Assembly (NCBI GenBank): GCA_964424585.1
Contig: CAYRJD010000031.1
Location: 2,352-66,351, forward strand
Reading direction: 5' to 3'
DNA length: 64,000 nt
Source of the DNA: an uncultured Acidimicrobiales bacterium
GTDB lineage: Bacteria; Actinomycetota; Acidimicrobiia; Acidimicrobiales; Poriferisodalaceae
Below, piece after piece: positions 38,341 to 47,930 of the stretch (its first letter is position 1; each line of letters starts with the position of its first letter). The position numbers were made by a program, and so were the translations under genes. The notes beneath the pieces were generated by a model. It made no database searches. It saw nothing but the letters and a program-made list of their open reading frames with translations, and was not told where the DNA came from.

Positions 38341-39411
38341 GTGAATGCGATGCCTCCGGGCGGCTTACCGGTCGCGCTGTTCGAGCCCGTCGTCGGTGAC
38401 GGCGCGCAGACGGCCGAGGCGCGCTGGCCTCGCACGGTGCGACCCACCGAGCTGACCCGCGGGCCGTGGAGCCACGGCATCATGCACGGCAGCGGCATCT
38501 GCGGGTTGCTGGGCTGGGCGCTCGAGACCGAGCTGGTCGCAGCCGTTGCCGACGCAGCTCGCGCCGGGCGTGACGTGGCGAGCTTGGTGTGCAGCCGCAT
38601 GACCGTGGAGATGCTGAGCGGCGTCGAGCTGGCAGACATGTCGGTGAGCGCACGGGCCGTGAAGCTGGGTCGGCGAACTGCGGTCGTCGATGCGTCGTTC
38701 GGACGGCCGGGCGAACCGGCGTTGGCGAGGGCGACGTCGCAGTGGCTCGCGCCGCTCGCTGGGGGCGACGCCGGTGCCGCTGGTGTCTCGGCTGGGCCGG
38801 GCGCCTCGGCGATGCCGCGTGCCGAAGCGCCCTGGCTGCCGCCCGTTCCCCCGCAGCGAGCCAACCCTGGGGCTCACTCAGAGATCAGCTACCCGAGGCC
38901 TGGCTTCAACGCCGACGCGGTCGACCTCCGCTACGTGGAAGGCTCGACCGAGACGCCGGGCCGGGGCGTGGTGTGGATGCGCCTAGACGTTCCGCTCATG
39001 GCGGGCAAGCCGACGTCGCCGTTCGGGCTTGTGGCGACCTTGTCTGATTTCGGCGCGGCGGTCGGCTGGGATTTCTCGCCCAGCGGGGGCGCGCTCATCA
39101 ACACCGACGTGACGCTGCAGCTGCTGCGCGCTCCTGTGGGCGAGTGGTTGCTGTTTGAGTCTGAGACCGTCTTGGCTCACGGTGCGCCAGCGGCTACCAG
39201 CGCCGGAGACGCCGCCGCCGGGGCCAGCGTCGCCAGCGTGTCGTGCAACCACACGATGGTCTCCGACCAGCACGGCGCGGTCGGCTGGGTGCTGCAGAGC
39301 CAGCTCGACGCACCGCACGAGATCGGCTTGCCTGGCGGCGTCGCGGCGGCGACAGCCAACGTGGGCACGCGCGCCCAGCCGAGTTCGGCACGCGAGCACC
39401 AGATCGACTAA
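38341..39411 (+). CDS. thioesterase-superfamily (double hotdog, TesB-like) protein
   Basis: TRGPWSHGIMHGSGICGLLGWALE and a second-half motif, NTDVTLQLLRAPVGEWLLFE. Family assignment is by motif memory only. Confidence 0.55.
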   Translation: MNAMPPGGLPVALFEPVVGDGAQTAEARWPRTVRPTELTRGPWSHGIMHGSGICGLLGWALETELVAAVADAARAGRDVASLVCSRMTVEMLSGVELADMSVSARAVKLGRRTAVVDASFGRPGEPALARATSQWLAPLAGGDAGAAGVSAGPGASAMPRAEAPWLPPVPPQRANPGAHSEISYPRPGFNADAVDLRYVEGSTETPGRGVVWMRLDVPLMAGKPTSPFGLVATLSDFGAAVGWDFSPSGGALINTDVTLQLLRAPVGEWLLFESETVLAHGAPAATSAGDAAAGASVASVSCNHTMVSDQHGAVGWVLQSQLDAPHEIGLPGGVAAATANVGTRAQPSSAREHQID

Positions 39412-39459
39412 GCCATACGTCCCGACCACCCCATTACAGCGAGACCGAAAGAGAGTCCG

Positions 39460-39876
39460 ATGACACAAACCACGCTTCCTGTTCGCCACATCTTCACGAT
39501 GGTGGTGGAGGGCGCAGAGAAACCAGCTACCCGCATCAAGGGCGGCCCGGCGGGCGACCGCATGGTGTTCGAGGTAACGGGCGGCACCATCAGCGGCGAA
39601 CGCATCAACGGGTCGATCGTGTCGCCGTCGGGCGACTGGCTGTATCGCTACCCCGACGGGTCGATGCACCTAGACGTGCGCATTTCGATCAAGACGAACG
39701 ACGGCGCCGACATTTTGATGCAATACGAGGGCAAGCTCGGCCCCAATGGCGCTCGCAGCGCGCCGACGTTTCTCACCGCCAGCGACGACTACGCCTGGAT
39801 GAACTCGATCCAAGCCGTAGGCATCGGGAGCTTCCCCGAAGGCCAGCTGACCTATGAGGTTTACGAGCTGCTGTAG
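39460..39876 (+). CDS. DUF3237 (UPF0311) family protein
   Basis: GGPAGDRMVFEVTGGTISGERINGSIVSPSGDWLYRYPDGSMHLDVRISIKTNDGADILMQYEG matches the DUF3237 pattern. Confidence 0.7.
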   Translation: MTQTTLPVRHIFTMVVEGAEKPATRIKGGPAGDRMVFEVTGGTISGERINGSIVSPSGDWLYRYPDGSMHLDVRISIKTNDGADILMQYEGKLGPNGARSAPTFLTASDDYAWMNSIQAVGIGSFPEGQLTYEVYELL

Positions 39877-39893
39877 GGCGCTACCGGGGCGGG

Positions 39894-41114
39894 CTACCGG
39901 GATCGGGGCGGATGTGCCTCGATCGCCTCTAGGACGGGCAGCGTGCCCCACCCAGCCGAGCCGTCTAGCACGATGTGGCCCTCTTTGATGAGCGGCGCGA
40001 CGGTGACGAGTTCGTCGTCCCAGCTGAGCCGGTCGACGTCGGTTTCCATGATGCGCAGGTTCGGCGTGGCGGCGGCGAAGTGGGCGTTCATCATCGTGGC
40101 GAGGTGCCCGTAGAAGTTGTGCGGCGCGGTGTTGACGCCGAAGGCCGCGGCGGTGGCTGCCATCTTGGTGGCTTGCCACATGCCGTTCCAGATGCCGTCG
40201 ATGATGGCGACGTCGAGCGCGCCCGCTTCTAGGTACGGCACGAGCTGCTCGGCACCCATCAGCGTCTCGCCGCCGCTGATCGGGAAGTGCGCGGCGGCTC
40301 GCACGTGCGCCAACTCTTCGGGGTGGTCGCTGTCGATCTCTAGCCAGAACAGGTCGAAGTCGTCGAGCGCTCGCACCACTGCCAAGCAACCCGCGGCGGT
40401 GAAGTTGAAATTCAAATCGACCAAGATGCCGACATCGCTTCCCGCGCCAGCGGCGAACGCTTCGAGGAACGTGCGGAAGTCGCGCAGGTCGCGCGCCTCG
40501 AGGTTCAACTCGGGCGCGTACGGCCTGCCAAAGCCCGGCGCCCACGAGCGAAGCTGTGGCTTGCCGTCGGCGTCGTGTTGGGCCAAGAACACGTTCGTCT
40601 TGAGCGCGCCGATGCCCGAGGCTGCGACCTCCGCGCCGAGCGCTTCGACGCCGGCTAGGTCGGTGACGGGGTTGCCGTAGACGTGCGGAAGGTTGATGCG
40701 CCAGGTGCCGCAGTGCGACCAGTAGATGGGGATGCGGGTGCGAACGGCGCCGCCCAGCAGCTGGTAGCAGGGAACGTCGAGCGTGCGGGCCATCGCGTCG
40801 AGCAGCGCGTTTTCGATGGCGCCGATCGCCATGCCCACAAGCCCGCGCGCGGTCTGGCGGGCGCGGGCGAACAGAAGCTGAAACGTGCCTTCGTGGTCGC
40901 ACACCGACGTGCCGATGACGGCGGGTGCCATCTGAGCGATCAGCTGCTCGACCGCACCCGATGGCAGCCCCAGCCCGACGTCAAACTCCGCCCAGCCCTC
41001 GACGCCGCCCGCGGTCGTGACGCGCAAGAAGTGGTAGTTGCGCCAGCCCGCGTCGCAGGCGAACGTGTCGAGACGGCTGACCGTGTCCGACCCATCGGCT
41101 AATCTGGCACCCAT
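39894..41114 (-). CDS. enolase-superfamily enzyme (mandelate racemase/muconate lactonizing family)
   Basis: WRNYHFLRVTTAGGVEGWAEF capping domain, ALKTNVF, LVDLNFNF, FWLEID and ISGGETL metal-ligand strands. The start is taken as in-frame ATG 41114 (MGARLADGS). Confidence 0.8.
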   Translation of the reverse strand: MGARLADGSDTVSRLDTFACDAGWRNYHFLRVTTAGGVEGWAEFDVGLGLPSGAVEQLIAQMAPAVIGTSVCDHEGTFQLLFARARQTARGLVGMAIGAIENALLDAMARTLDVPCYQLLGGAVRTRIPIYWSHCGTWRINLPHVYGNPVTDLAGVEALGAEVAASGIGALKTNVFLAQHDADGKPQLRSWAPGFGRPYAPELNLEARDLRDFRTFLEAFAAGAGSDVGILVDLNFNFTAAGCLAVVRALDDFDLFWLEIDSDHPEELAHVRAAAHFPISGGETLMGAEQLVPYLEAGALDVAIIDGIWNGMWQATKMAATAAAFGVNTAPHNFYGHLATMMNAHFAAATPNLRIMETDVDRLSWDDELVTVAPLIKEGHIVLDGSAGWGTLPVLEAIEAHPPRSR

Positions 41115-42045
41115 GAGCACTACAACGTATGACACCGAGCCGCTCGACGCCACCTTCGGGGCGATCGTGCGCGGCCTCGACGTGCGGTCGCTCGACGACG
41201 ACACGTTCGAGCATCTCTACGCGACGTGGCTCGACTACGGGCTGCTGATCTTCGTTGACCAGTTCCTGACGAACGACGAGCAGAACGCGTTCGCCCGACG
41301 TTTCGGCCCGCTCGAGTTCGAGGCGGCGCCGATCTCGAACGTCGGCAAGTCGGGTCGCATTCACTCTGAGTCGGCCGACGACCTGGTGAAGTCGCTCAAG
41401 GGCAACCAGGGCTGGCATCACGACAGCACCTACATGCCGCTGCAGGCCAAGGGCGCGGTGTTTCGGGCAGAGGTCGTGCCGCCCGGCGGCGCCGACACTG
41501 GGTGGGCCGACATGCGTGCGGCATACGACGAGCTAGACGAAGCGACCCAAGAGCGTCTCGCCGGGCTGACCGCGTATCACTCCCTCTATTACAGCCAGGG
41601 TCGCATGGGCTACCTGCCGCGCCAGAAAGAGGGCGGCGGCTACGACATGTACGGCTACCACGACTATGAGGCATCGCTGCGTCCGCTGGTGAAGGTGCAC
41701 CCTGAGACGGGCCGCCCGAACCTGCTGATCGGGCGCCACGCCTACGGGGTGAGCGGGATGGACGAAGACGAGTCGGTGGCGTTCATGGACGAGATCAACG
41801 ACCAGGCGTGCCAAGAGCCGCGCATCTACCAGCACGCTTGGACGCCCGGCGAGGTGGTCATCTGGGACAACCGGCGGCTGATGCACCGAGGAGTGCCCTA
41901 CGACATGACCCAGGCGCGCATCATGTGGCACACCCGCATCGCCGGCGACCCCGAAACCGAGATGGCGCTGAACCTAGACGCCGACGACGTGACGCTCGGC
42001 GTCGACCGCACCAACGACGTGCGCCCGCCCTACCAAGACGACTGA
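41113..42045 (+). CDS. TauD/TfdA family Fe(II)/2-oxoglutarate dioxygenase
   Basis: MSTTTYDTEPLDATFGAIVRGLDV, WHHDSTY (HxD) and RLMHRG. The internal ATG of track ORF 41038-42045 is the start. Confidence 0.85.
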   Translation: MSTTTYDTEPLDATFGAIVRGLDVRSLDDDTFEHLYATWLDYGLLIFVDQFLTNDEQNAFARRFGPLEFEAAPISNVGKSGRIHSESADDLVKSLKGNQGWHHDSTYMPLQAKGAVFRAEVVPPGGADTGWADMRAAYDELDEATQERLAGLTAYHSLYYSQGRMGYLPRQKEGGGYDMYGYHDYEASLRPLVKVHPETGRPNLLIGRHAYGVSGMDEDESVAFMDEINDQACQEPRIYQHAWTPGEVVIWDNRRLMHRGVPYDMTQARIMWHTRIAGDPETEMALNLDADDVTLGVDRTNDVRPPYQDD

Positions 42046-42166
42046 ACGCCCGCCATGTTGTGTGGTGCATTTCTAATTCTCGCAACTATTATCACACACC
42101 GTGGATGCCAAGCGGGTGCCTCGCAGTGAGTCCGAACGTCACGCCGCTGCTTAGCGAGCGCTGCGG

Positions 42167-43087
42167 GTGGGCGATGCTGCCGTCGCGGCCGAAATGGACG
42201 TCAGCTCCTCCGCCATCGAGGGCAACCAAGCCACCCGAGCAGACGTCGACCGCATCGCACGAGGTCAAGCCCCGCAGCAGCCACGCCTGCCGATGCAAGA
42301 CGCCCTCGAAATCGTGGGGTATTGCGAGGCCGCCAACTGGGCCTACAGCGCAGCGCTCGCCACGCCAGCTAGCTCTGCCTCGCGACCTCTGCTAACGCTC
42401 GAAGACGCGCGGACGGTGCACCACAAGTTGGTGAGTTCGGTCTGGCCGACGTTTCCTCCCCCTCAGCTCAAACCCGAGGAGGGGCCCGGCTCGTTTCGGG
42501 CCACCGACATCAAGCCATTTCCCGAGGGAATGCGGCCCCCTACGCATCCGCTCGTCCACGCGGAGATGACGCAGTGGATCGACCGGCTGAGCGCGAAGCG
42601 TCCGGCTGGTCACCGCGACGTGCCGGCGTTCCTGGCGCAGGCGCACGTCGACTTTGAGCAGATTCATCCGTTCAGAGACGGCAACGGGCGAACCGGTCGC
42701 CTGCTTACCTCGATGCTGGCTATTCGGCCCGGGTTTCCGCCGGTCATCGTGCGAGGCACCCAGCGGCGGACCTACCTGAGGGCGATGATGGACGCCGACC
42801 GAGGCGACACCGACGGACTCGCGAGCCTCATCGCTGCGGCGCTGCTTCGTGGCTTTGGTCAGCTGGGCGTCGTCGAGCGCCTGCCGACCGAGGTAGTGCC
42901 CCAGCCGTTCGTCGCGCTCGCGGCCGCGAACGGAGTCACCGCGAACGCGCTGCGCAATGCGGTCGCCCGTGGCCGTCTTCGAGCGGTGCGCACGCCCGAG
43001 ACCGGCTGGGTGAGCACCCAGCGCTGGTTGGTTGACTACCGAGCTTCCGCTCACGAGCGAGCATCGACGAGGGCCGCAAGCGACTAG
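42167..43087 (+). CDS. Fic family protein (class II, N-terminal inhibitory motif present)
   Basis: HPFRDGNGRTGR at 42665-42700 is the canonical Fic motif. SSAIEG at 42206-42223 fits the [ST]xxxE[GN] inhibitory helix. An in-frame TAG lies 4 codons upstream of the GTG, so the N-terminal domain is unusually short. Confidence 0.85.
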   Translation: MGDAAVAAEMDVSSSAIEGNQATRADVDRIARGQAPQQPRLPMQDALEIVGYCEAANWAYSAALATPASSASRPLLTLEDARTVHHKLVSSVWPTFPPPQLKPEEGPGSFRATDIKPFPEGMRPPTHPLVHAEMTQWIDRLSAKRPAGHRDVPAFLAQAHVDFEQIHPFRDGNGRTGRLLTSMLAIRPGFPPVIVRGTQRRTYLRAMMDADRGDTDGLASLIAAALLRGFGQLGVVERLPTEVVPQPFVALAAANGVTANALRNAVARGRLRAVRTPETGWVSTQRWLVDYRASAHERASTRAASD

Positions 43088-43108
43088 CCGCGCTCGCCCG
43101 GCTGGCCG

Positions 43109-44440
43109 CTAGTAGCGGTGCTGCCCGCGGTGCCCGAGCGGCAGCGCGCACCGCTTGTGCGACCTCGCGCCCACGTGCTCGCAGCGAGCCGAGCCGCCTG
43201 CGGCAGCCGGCGCGCCCGCTCCCCGAGCCATGGCCTCTTCGAGGGCCGCGCCACGCGTGGCATCGACGAGCGGCGGTTCGACACGCGGCTCAGGCAGCGG
43301 CCTTACGACCACGTCGCGCAGCCAGTGGAGGTAGCCGCGATGCGCTACGCGGACGAGTTGCTGGTCAGCGTCGGCGGCGACCAGCCCGTTCGCTTCAAGC
43401 TCGCGGAGAACGACGCCGCTGTCTAGGCCAAACGTCTTCACGAGCTCCGCAATCGGCAGCTCGCCATCGGCCCGAGCCAGCAGCACCAGCGCCGCCTTTT
43501 CGTCGTCGGTGAGCGTCCGCCAGACCGGCGCGAGCAGGTCGTCGGCTACCCGCACCGCCGCTCGCCGGATGCCTTCGACCACTGCTTCATCGGTGAGGTG
43601 CCCGTCGTCTGCAGCATCCCACGCCCGTGAGCCCACCAGCTGAAGCACGTACGGGTGCCCGCCCGTTGCGGCGACGAACCGATCGAGCGCGGCGGGCTCG
43701 ATGTCGCCGCCTCCGCTCGCGACGGTCCGAACGATGCACTGCTCGACGTCAGCAGGGTCGAGGGCGTCGACATCGATGTGCTCTGCCCGAGCGAGAAACG
43801 TCGGCCCGTCAACTTGCAGCGACCGCTTGAAGCCAGACAGCGCGGCGCCAAGAACCGAGACCGGATACGCGTTGACAGCTTCTCGCACTCGGATAACCAG
43901 ATCTTCAAGAGCGCCGGGCTCGACTCGGTGAATCTCGTCGATCACCAGCAACAATCCGGTGCCGCGACGCTGCGCGAGCTGACCAACTTCGTCGAGCAGC
44001 ACCTCTAGCTGCGTGAGCGCAGACAACTCGGCCTCAGACGGCGCCGTCTGTCGAGCAACGCCGACGCGAGCACCTACCCCAGCGACCGAGCCGCCGACGT
44101 CGACCGACGCGAGCTTGCTGGCGCCTCCGTCTAGCTCCTCACGCACCCGCCGCAGCCGCACGGCCATGCCCTCAAAGACGTTCGGCCCGTGAAGCACCGG
44201 AATGACGTGCCAGCCGCGCTCAATGGCCGTGCGTTGCGCTGCCTTGAGCAGCACCGTCTTGCCGAGCCCGCGAGCACCCAGCAGCAACACCTTGCGGTGC
44301 GGCGCACCCGCCATCGCCTCCAGCCGCCCAACGATCTCGTCGCGGCCACCCAGGTAGCGCGGCTCGTCATCGAAGCCCGGAGTGAACGGGTTCGCGCGCT
44401 GCACTGGAGGTTGCGTGTCACGCTTTCGTCGCCATCGCAC
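43109..44440 (-). CDS. AAA/STAND-like ATP-binding protein with C-terminal winged helix
   Basis: NPFTPGFDDEPRYLGGRDE lead-in, VLLLGARGLGKTVLL Walker A, LLLVIDEIH Walker B, wHTH-like ALVLLARADGELPIAELVKTFGLDSGVVLRELEANGLV, Cys/His-rich tail CEHVGARSHKRCALPLGHRGQH. Confidence 0.75.
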   Translation of the reverse strand: MRWRRKRDTQPPVQRANPFTPGFDDEPRYLGGRDEIVGRLEAMAGAPHRKVLLLGARGLGKTVLLKAAQRTAIERGWHVIPVLHGPNVFEGMAVRLRRVREELDGGASKLASVDVGGSVAGVGARVGVARQTAPSEAELSALTQLEVLLDEVGQLAQRRGTGLLLVIDEIHRVEPGALEDLVIRVREAVNAYPVSVLGAALSGFKRSLQVDGPTFLARAEHIDVDALDPADVEQCIVRTVASGGGDIEPAALDRFVAATGGHPYVLQLVGSRAWDAADDGHLTDEAVVEGIRRAAVRVADDLLAPVWRTLTDDEKAALVLLARADGELPIAELVKTFGLDSGVVLRELEANGLVAADADQQLVRVAHRGYLHWLRDVVVRPLPEPRVEPPLVDATRGAALEEAMARGAGAPAAAGGSARCEHVGARSHKRCALPLGHRGQHRY

Positions 44441-44499
44441 GACGTCGAGCCTACAAGCGGAAACTGCGGGTCGCAGTGGCGCTCTGGCGGCTGTAGCAA

Positions 44500-44575
44500 G
44501 CGAATAGCAAATAGCAAGCTGTTTGCTATTCGCATAGCAAGTAGCAGCTACTCGCTGTTGGCGTTGCTATTCGCC
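44500..44575. repeat. three copies of GCGAATAGCAA, two forming a perfect 12-bp inverted repeat
   Basis: GCGAATAGCAAA at 44500-44511 and its exact complement TTTGCTATTCGC at 44522-44533, with a 10-nt loop. A third copy, TTGCTATTCGCC at 44564-44575, overlaps the SDR stop codon. TAGCAAG recurs 3 times in 44494-44541. Confidence 0.85.
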
Positions 44576-45442
44576 GTCAGTGAAACTGGGCGGCAGCGTC
44601 GGATTTTCTATGGCGACCAGGGTGCGGTGGCGGCGCTCGACGTCGGCCAGCAGCTCGGGGTGAGTGAGCACCCAGAAGCGACGCTGATACATGGCGTCGA
44701 TGACCTGCGCGGCGACCTCTGACGGGTCCATGCCGCCTTCCAGCGCTGCCGCGATGTTTGCGTTGCGGCGTCGGTTGTCGGCCTCGGCTTTCTCCTTCGT
44801 TTCGCCTTCCCGTCGCTCTCGACGCAGGTGCTCTGGGCGGTTGCGCTGCGCGGTCGCGATATTGGTGCGCACCACGCCCGGGCACAGCACCGACACGCCG
44901 ACGTCGGCGTGCCGGTCTCGCTGCATCTCCAGATAGAGCGTCTCCATGATGCCGACCACGCCGTACTTGGCGGCGTTGTAGGGGCCCAGCCCGGCGACCG
45001 GCATCAGCCCGGCCATCGAGGCGGTGCTCATTACGTGGCTCTCTTCGGCCTCTATCAGGCGCGGCAGAAAGTGGTGCAGCCCGTAGATGACGCCCCAGAG
45101 GCAGACGTCGATCACCCACTTCCAGTCGTTGAGCTGCTGGTTGCGGATCAGCCCGCCGCCGCCCACACCGGCGTTGTTGCACAGCATGTGAATCGCACCG
45201 AACCGGTCGAGCGTCGCATCCGCCAGCTCGCCTACCGATGAGCTGTCGGTCACGTCGGTGCGAACCGCCAGCGTTTCGACGCCGGCCTCGGCCACCTCGG
45301 CGGCCGCCGCGTCGAGCGGCTCTTGCTCGATGTCGGCCAGCACGACGTTGGCGCCTTCGGCTGCGAACCGCAGCGCGAGCGCCTTGCCGATGCCAGACGC
45401 CGCGCCGGTGACGACCGCCACCTTGTCTTTCATTGTTTCCAT
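44567..45442 (-). CDS. SDR family oxidoreductase
   Basis: KVAVVTGAASGIGKALA, NNAG, YNAAKYGV. Confidence 0.9.
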   Translation of the reverse strand: METMKDKVAVVTGAASGIGKALALRFAAEGANVVLADIEQEPLDAAAAEVAEAGVETLAVRTDVTDSSSVGELADATLDRFGAIHMLCNNAGVGGGGLIRNQQLNDWKWVIDVCLWGVIYGLHHFLPRLIEAEESHVMSTASMAGLMPVAGLGPYNAAKYGVVGIMETLYLEMQRDRHADVGVSVLCPGVVRTNIATAQRNRPEHLRRERREGETKEKAEADNRRRNANIAAALEGGMDPSEVAAQVIDAMYQRRFWVLTHPELLADVERRHRTLVAIENPTLPPSFTDGE

Positions 45443-45526
45443 GGCTGCCCTCCTGTGGGTGCTTGGCTGTGAGTGTCGAGTTGGGTCAGCGGCCAGCGCC
45501 CGCCGTCGAGTGCCCAGCGTCGAGTG

Positions 45527-46669
45527 CTAGGCATCGACTTTGTTGAGCGCGTCGAGCCGGTCGACTGCTTCCACGTACTCGGTGATCATGTCTTCCACCA
45601 CGCGGGTCGCCGAGACCGACTCGTTCAGCTGCCCGACGACCTGGCCGATGAAGTAGTTGGCCAGCTCGACGGCTCCTTTGTTGTCGGGGTTCATCGCCGC
45701 CTTGTCGACGCGGCGGCTGGCGTTTGCGATCAGCATCGGCTGCAGCGGCATCGGCAGCGTGCCGGGCGAGTTCGGGCCCTCCCACTCATCTGTCCACGCC
45801 GAACGCAGCTGGCGCGCCGGCTTGCCGGTGCGCGACCGCGAGCGCAGCGTGTCCGCGGAGGACGCCGCGAGAAACTTCTCCTTGACGACCGGGTGGGTTT
45901 CGGCTTCGAGCGTCGTCAGCCAGACCGACCCGCACCACACGCCTTGCGCGCCCAGCGCGAGCGCGGCAGCGACCTGGCGTCCGTTGCCGATGCCTCCAGC
46001 CGCCAGCACCGGCGTCGGCGCGATGGCGTCGACGACTTCAGGCACCAGCACCATCGAAGCGATCTCGCCGGTGTGTCCGCCTGCCTCGTGTCCTTGCGCG
46101 ATGACGATGTCGACGCCCGCGGCGACGTGCCGCTCGGCGTGCACCTTCTTTCCGGCCAGCGCGCCCACAGCCACGTCGTTGGCGTGCGCCCGCTCGATCA
46201 TGTCGGGCGGCGGCGGGCCGAGCGCGTTGACCATCAGCTTGATCGGGTAGCTGAACGCCACGTCCATCAGCGGCACGGCCTGGGTGTAGGTCATCGGTGG
46301 GTCGCCCTGGCCGAAGCCCGTGCCGCCGTCTTGGGGCGGCTGCGGCGGCACGTCGTAGCGCTTCATCATGTCGTCGACGAAGTCGCGGTGCGTCTGCGGG
46401 ATCATGTCGCGCAGGTCTCTCGCCGACAGCTCGCCGTCTGACTTGCCCTCGTATTTCGCGGGCACGATGATGTCGACGCCGAACGGCTTGTCGCCCACTT
46501 CGTCCTTGATCCACGCCAAGTCGATGTCGAGCTGCTCGGGCGTGTGCCCCGCGGCGCCGAGCACGCCGAAGCCGCCGGCCTTGCTGACCGCCGCGACCAC
46601 GTCTCGGCAGTGCGTGAACGCGAAGATCGGAACGTCGGCGCCGACCATCTCACAAACAGGTGTCTTCAT
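45527..46669 (-). CDS. nitronate monooxygenase / FabK-like FMN oxidoreductase
   Basis: MKTPVCEMVGADVPIFAFTHCRDVVAAVSKAGGFGVLG, IAQGHEAGGHTG and AAGGIGNGRQVAAALALGAQGVWCGS. Start taken as ATG 46669. Confidence 0.85.
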   Translation of the reverse strand: MKTPVCEMVGADVPIFAFTHCRDVVAAVSKAGGFGVLGAAGHTPEQLDIDLAWIKDEVGDKPFGVDIIVPAKYEGKSDGELSARDLRDMIPQTHRDFVDDMMKRYDVPPQPPQDGGTGFGQGDPPMTYTQAVPLMDVAFSYPIKLMVNALGPPPPDMIERAHANDVAVGALAGKKVHAERHVAAGVDIVIAQGHEAGGHTGEIASMVLVPEVVDAIAPTPVLAAGGIGNGRQVAAALALGAQGVWCGSVWLTTLEAETHPVVKEKFLAASSADTLRSRSRTGKPARQLRSAWTDEWEGPNSPGTLPMPLQPMLIANASRRVDKAAMNPDNKGAVELANYFIGQVVGQLNESVSATRVVEDMITEYVEAVDRLDALNKVDA

Positions 46670-46764
46670 GGCCGCGACACTAGACGCGCGGCGCTCGGCG
46701 AGCCGCTCCAAGCGCGCCGCGCCCGGGTTGTGGCGCGTCGGGCGCGACCTGCGACAATCGCGCC

Positions 46765-47676
46765 GTGAGCATCAACGCCATCGGACACAGCTACGTCGAC
46801 GTCGCCTCGGGCACGCGCCTCGACGCTTGGTTTCCAGACGTGTTCGCGCTGGGCGACGACACCGCGCCCACCCGGTCGTGCCTAGCGGCTGAGCTAGGCG
46901 TGATCACCGGTGAGGAGGTGGAGGTGGCCATCGCCTCGCTCGATGAGCCACCAACGGATCTGCTCGACGCCTACCTGCGGCTGCACCTGCTCAGCCGCCG
47001 AGAGATCGCCCCGCACGACGCCAACCTCGACGGCCTGTTCGGCCTGCTGACAAACTGCGCGTGGACGAACGCCGGGCCCGTGCTGCCGGCGCAGGTCGAC
47101 GCGCTGCGAGTCGCCGCTGCGGCGCGCGGCGCGCACGTGTCGGTGCGAGCGGTCGACAAGTTCCCCCGCATGACCGACTACGTGGTGCCTGCTGGCGTGC
47201 GCATCGCGGACGCCGACCGGGTGCGGTTGGGCGCGCACCTGGCTGACGGCACGACCGTGATGCACGAGGGTTTCGTCAACCTCAACGCCGGCACGCTCGG
47301 CCCGGCGATGGTCGAGGGTCGCATCAGCGCGGGCGTGGTCGTCGGCGCGCACAGCGACCTAGGCGGCAGCGCCTCAACGATGGGCACTCTGTCGGGCGGC
47401 GGCAAAGAACGGGTCAGCGTCGGCGAGCACTGCCTGCTGGGCGCGAACTCGGGCATCGGCATCGCGCTAGGAGACCACTGCACCGTCGAGGCCGGCCTCT
47501 ACGTGACGGCTGGCAGCCGCGTCACGATGCCCGACGGCTCGGTCGTGCGCGGACGAGACATCTCCGGCCGCTCAGGCATGCTGCTGCTCCGCAACTCCGA
47601 AACCGGCACCATCGAAATGCGCGTCCGCAACGAACATGCCTGGACCGGCCTCGACCCCGACCTCCACGCCAACTAA
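46765..47676 (+). CDS. dapD: 2,3,4,5-tetrahydropyridine-2,6-dicarboxylate N-succinyltransferase (actinobacterial type)
   Basis: GVRIADADRVRLGAHLADGTTVMHEGFVNLNAGTLGPAMVEGRISAGVVVGAHSDLGGSASTMGTLSGGG hexapeptide region. Confidence 0.85.
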   Translation: MSINAIGHSYVDVASGTRLDAWFPDVFALGDDTAPTRSCLAAELGVITGEEVEVAIASLDEPPTDLLDAYLRLHLLSRREIAPHDANLDGLFGLLTNCAWTNAGPVLPAQVDALRVAAAARGAHVSVRAVDKFPRMTDYVVPAGVRIADADRVRLGAHLADGTTVMHEGFVNLNAGTLGPAMVEGRISAGVVVGAHSDLGGSASTMGTLSGGGKERVSVGEHCLLGANSGIGIALGDHCTVEAGLYVTAGSRVTMPDGSVVRGRDISGRSGMLLLRNSETGTIEMRVRNEHAWTGLDPDLHAN

Positions 47677-47930
47677 CCCCATCCCCACTTCCGGAGGGTC
47701 ACTTGGCTGCCGCGGCCCAACATGCGTCCAAAGTACACCCTGCCACCGAATCACCATCAGTGCCCAAACACATCAGTCGCGACGTCCCGCCCAGGGCCTG
47801 CCTAATGCCATGCCCACCAGTTCCAAGCACTATCAAAAATACAATTGAAGTGGTAGCTACATCGCACAGACAAAACTCCTACCAAACGAGGCGCAATACA
47901 TCAAGCAACCGTGTCTGCGAAGCACACGCA

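Noticed and set aside
47677-47930. Intrinsic terminator or small ORFs in the C+A-rich stretch after dapD and downstream of island gene D
   Set aside because: Candidate stems are only 3-5 bp with mismatches. The + strand ORFs (47636-47848, 47703-47942) have no SD and Pro/Ser/Thr-rich shadow composition.
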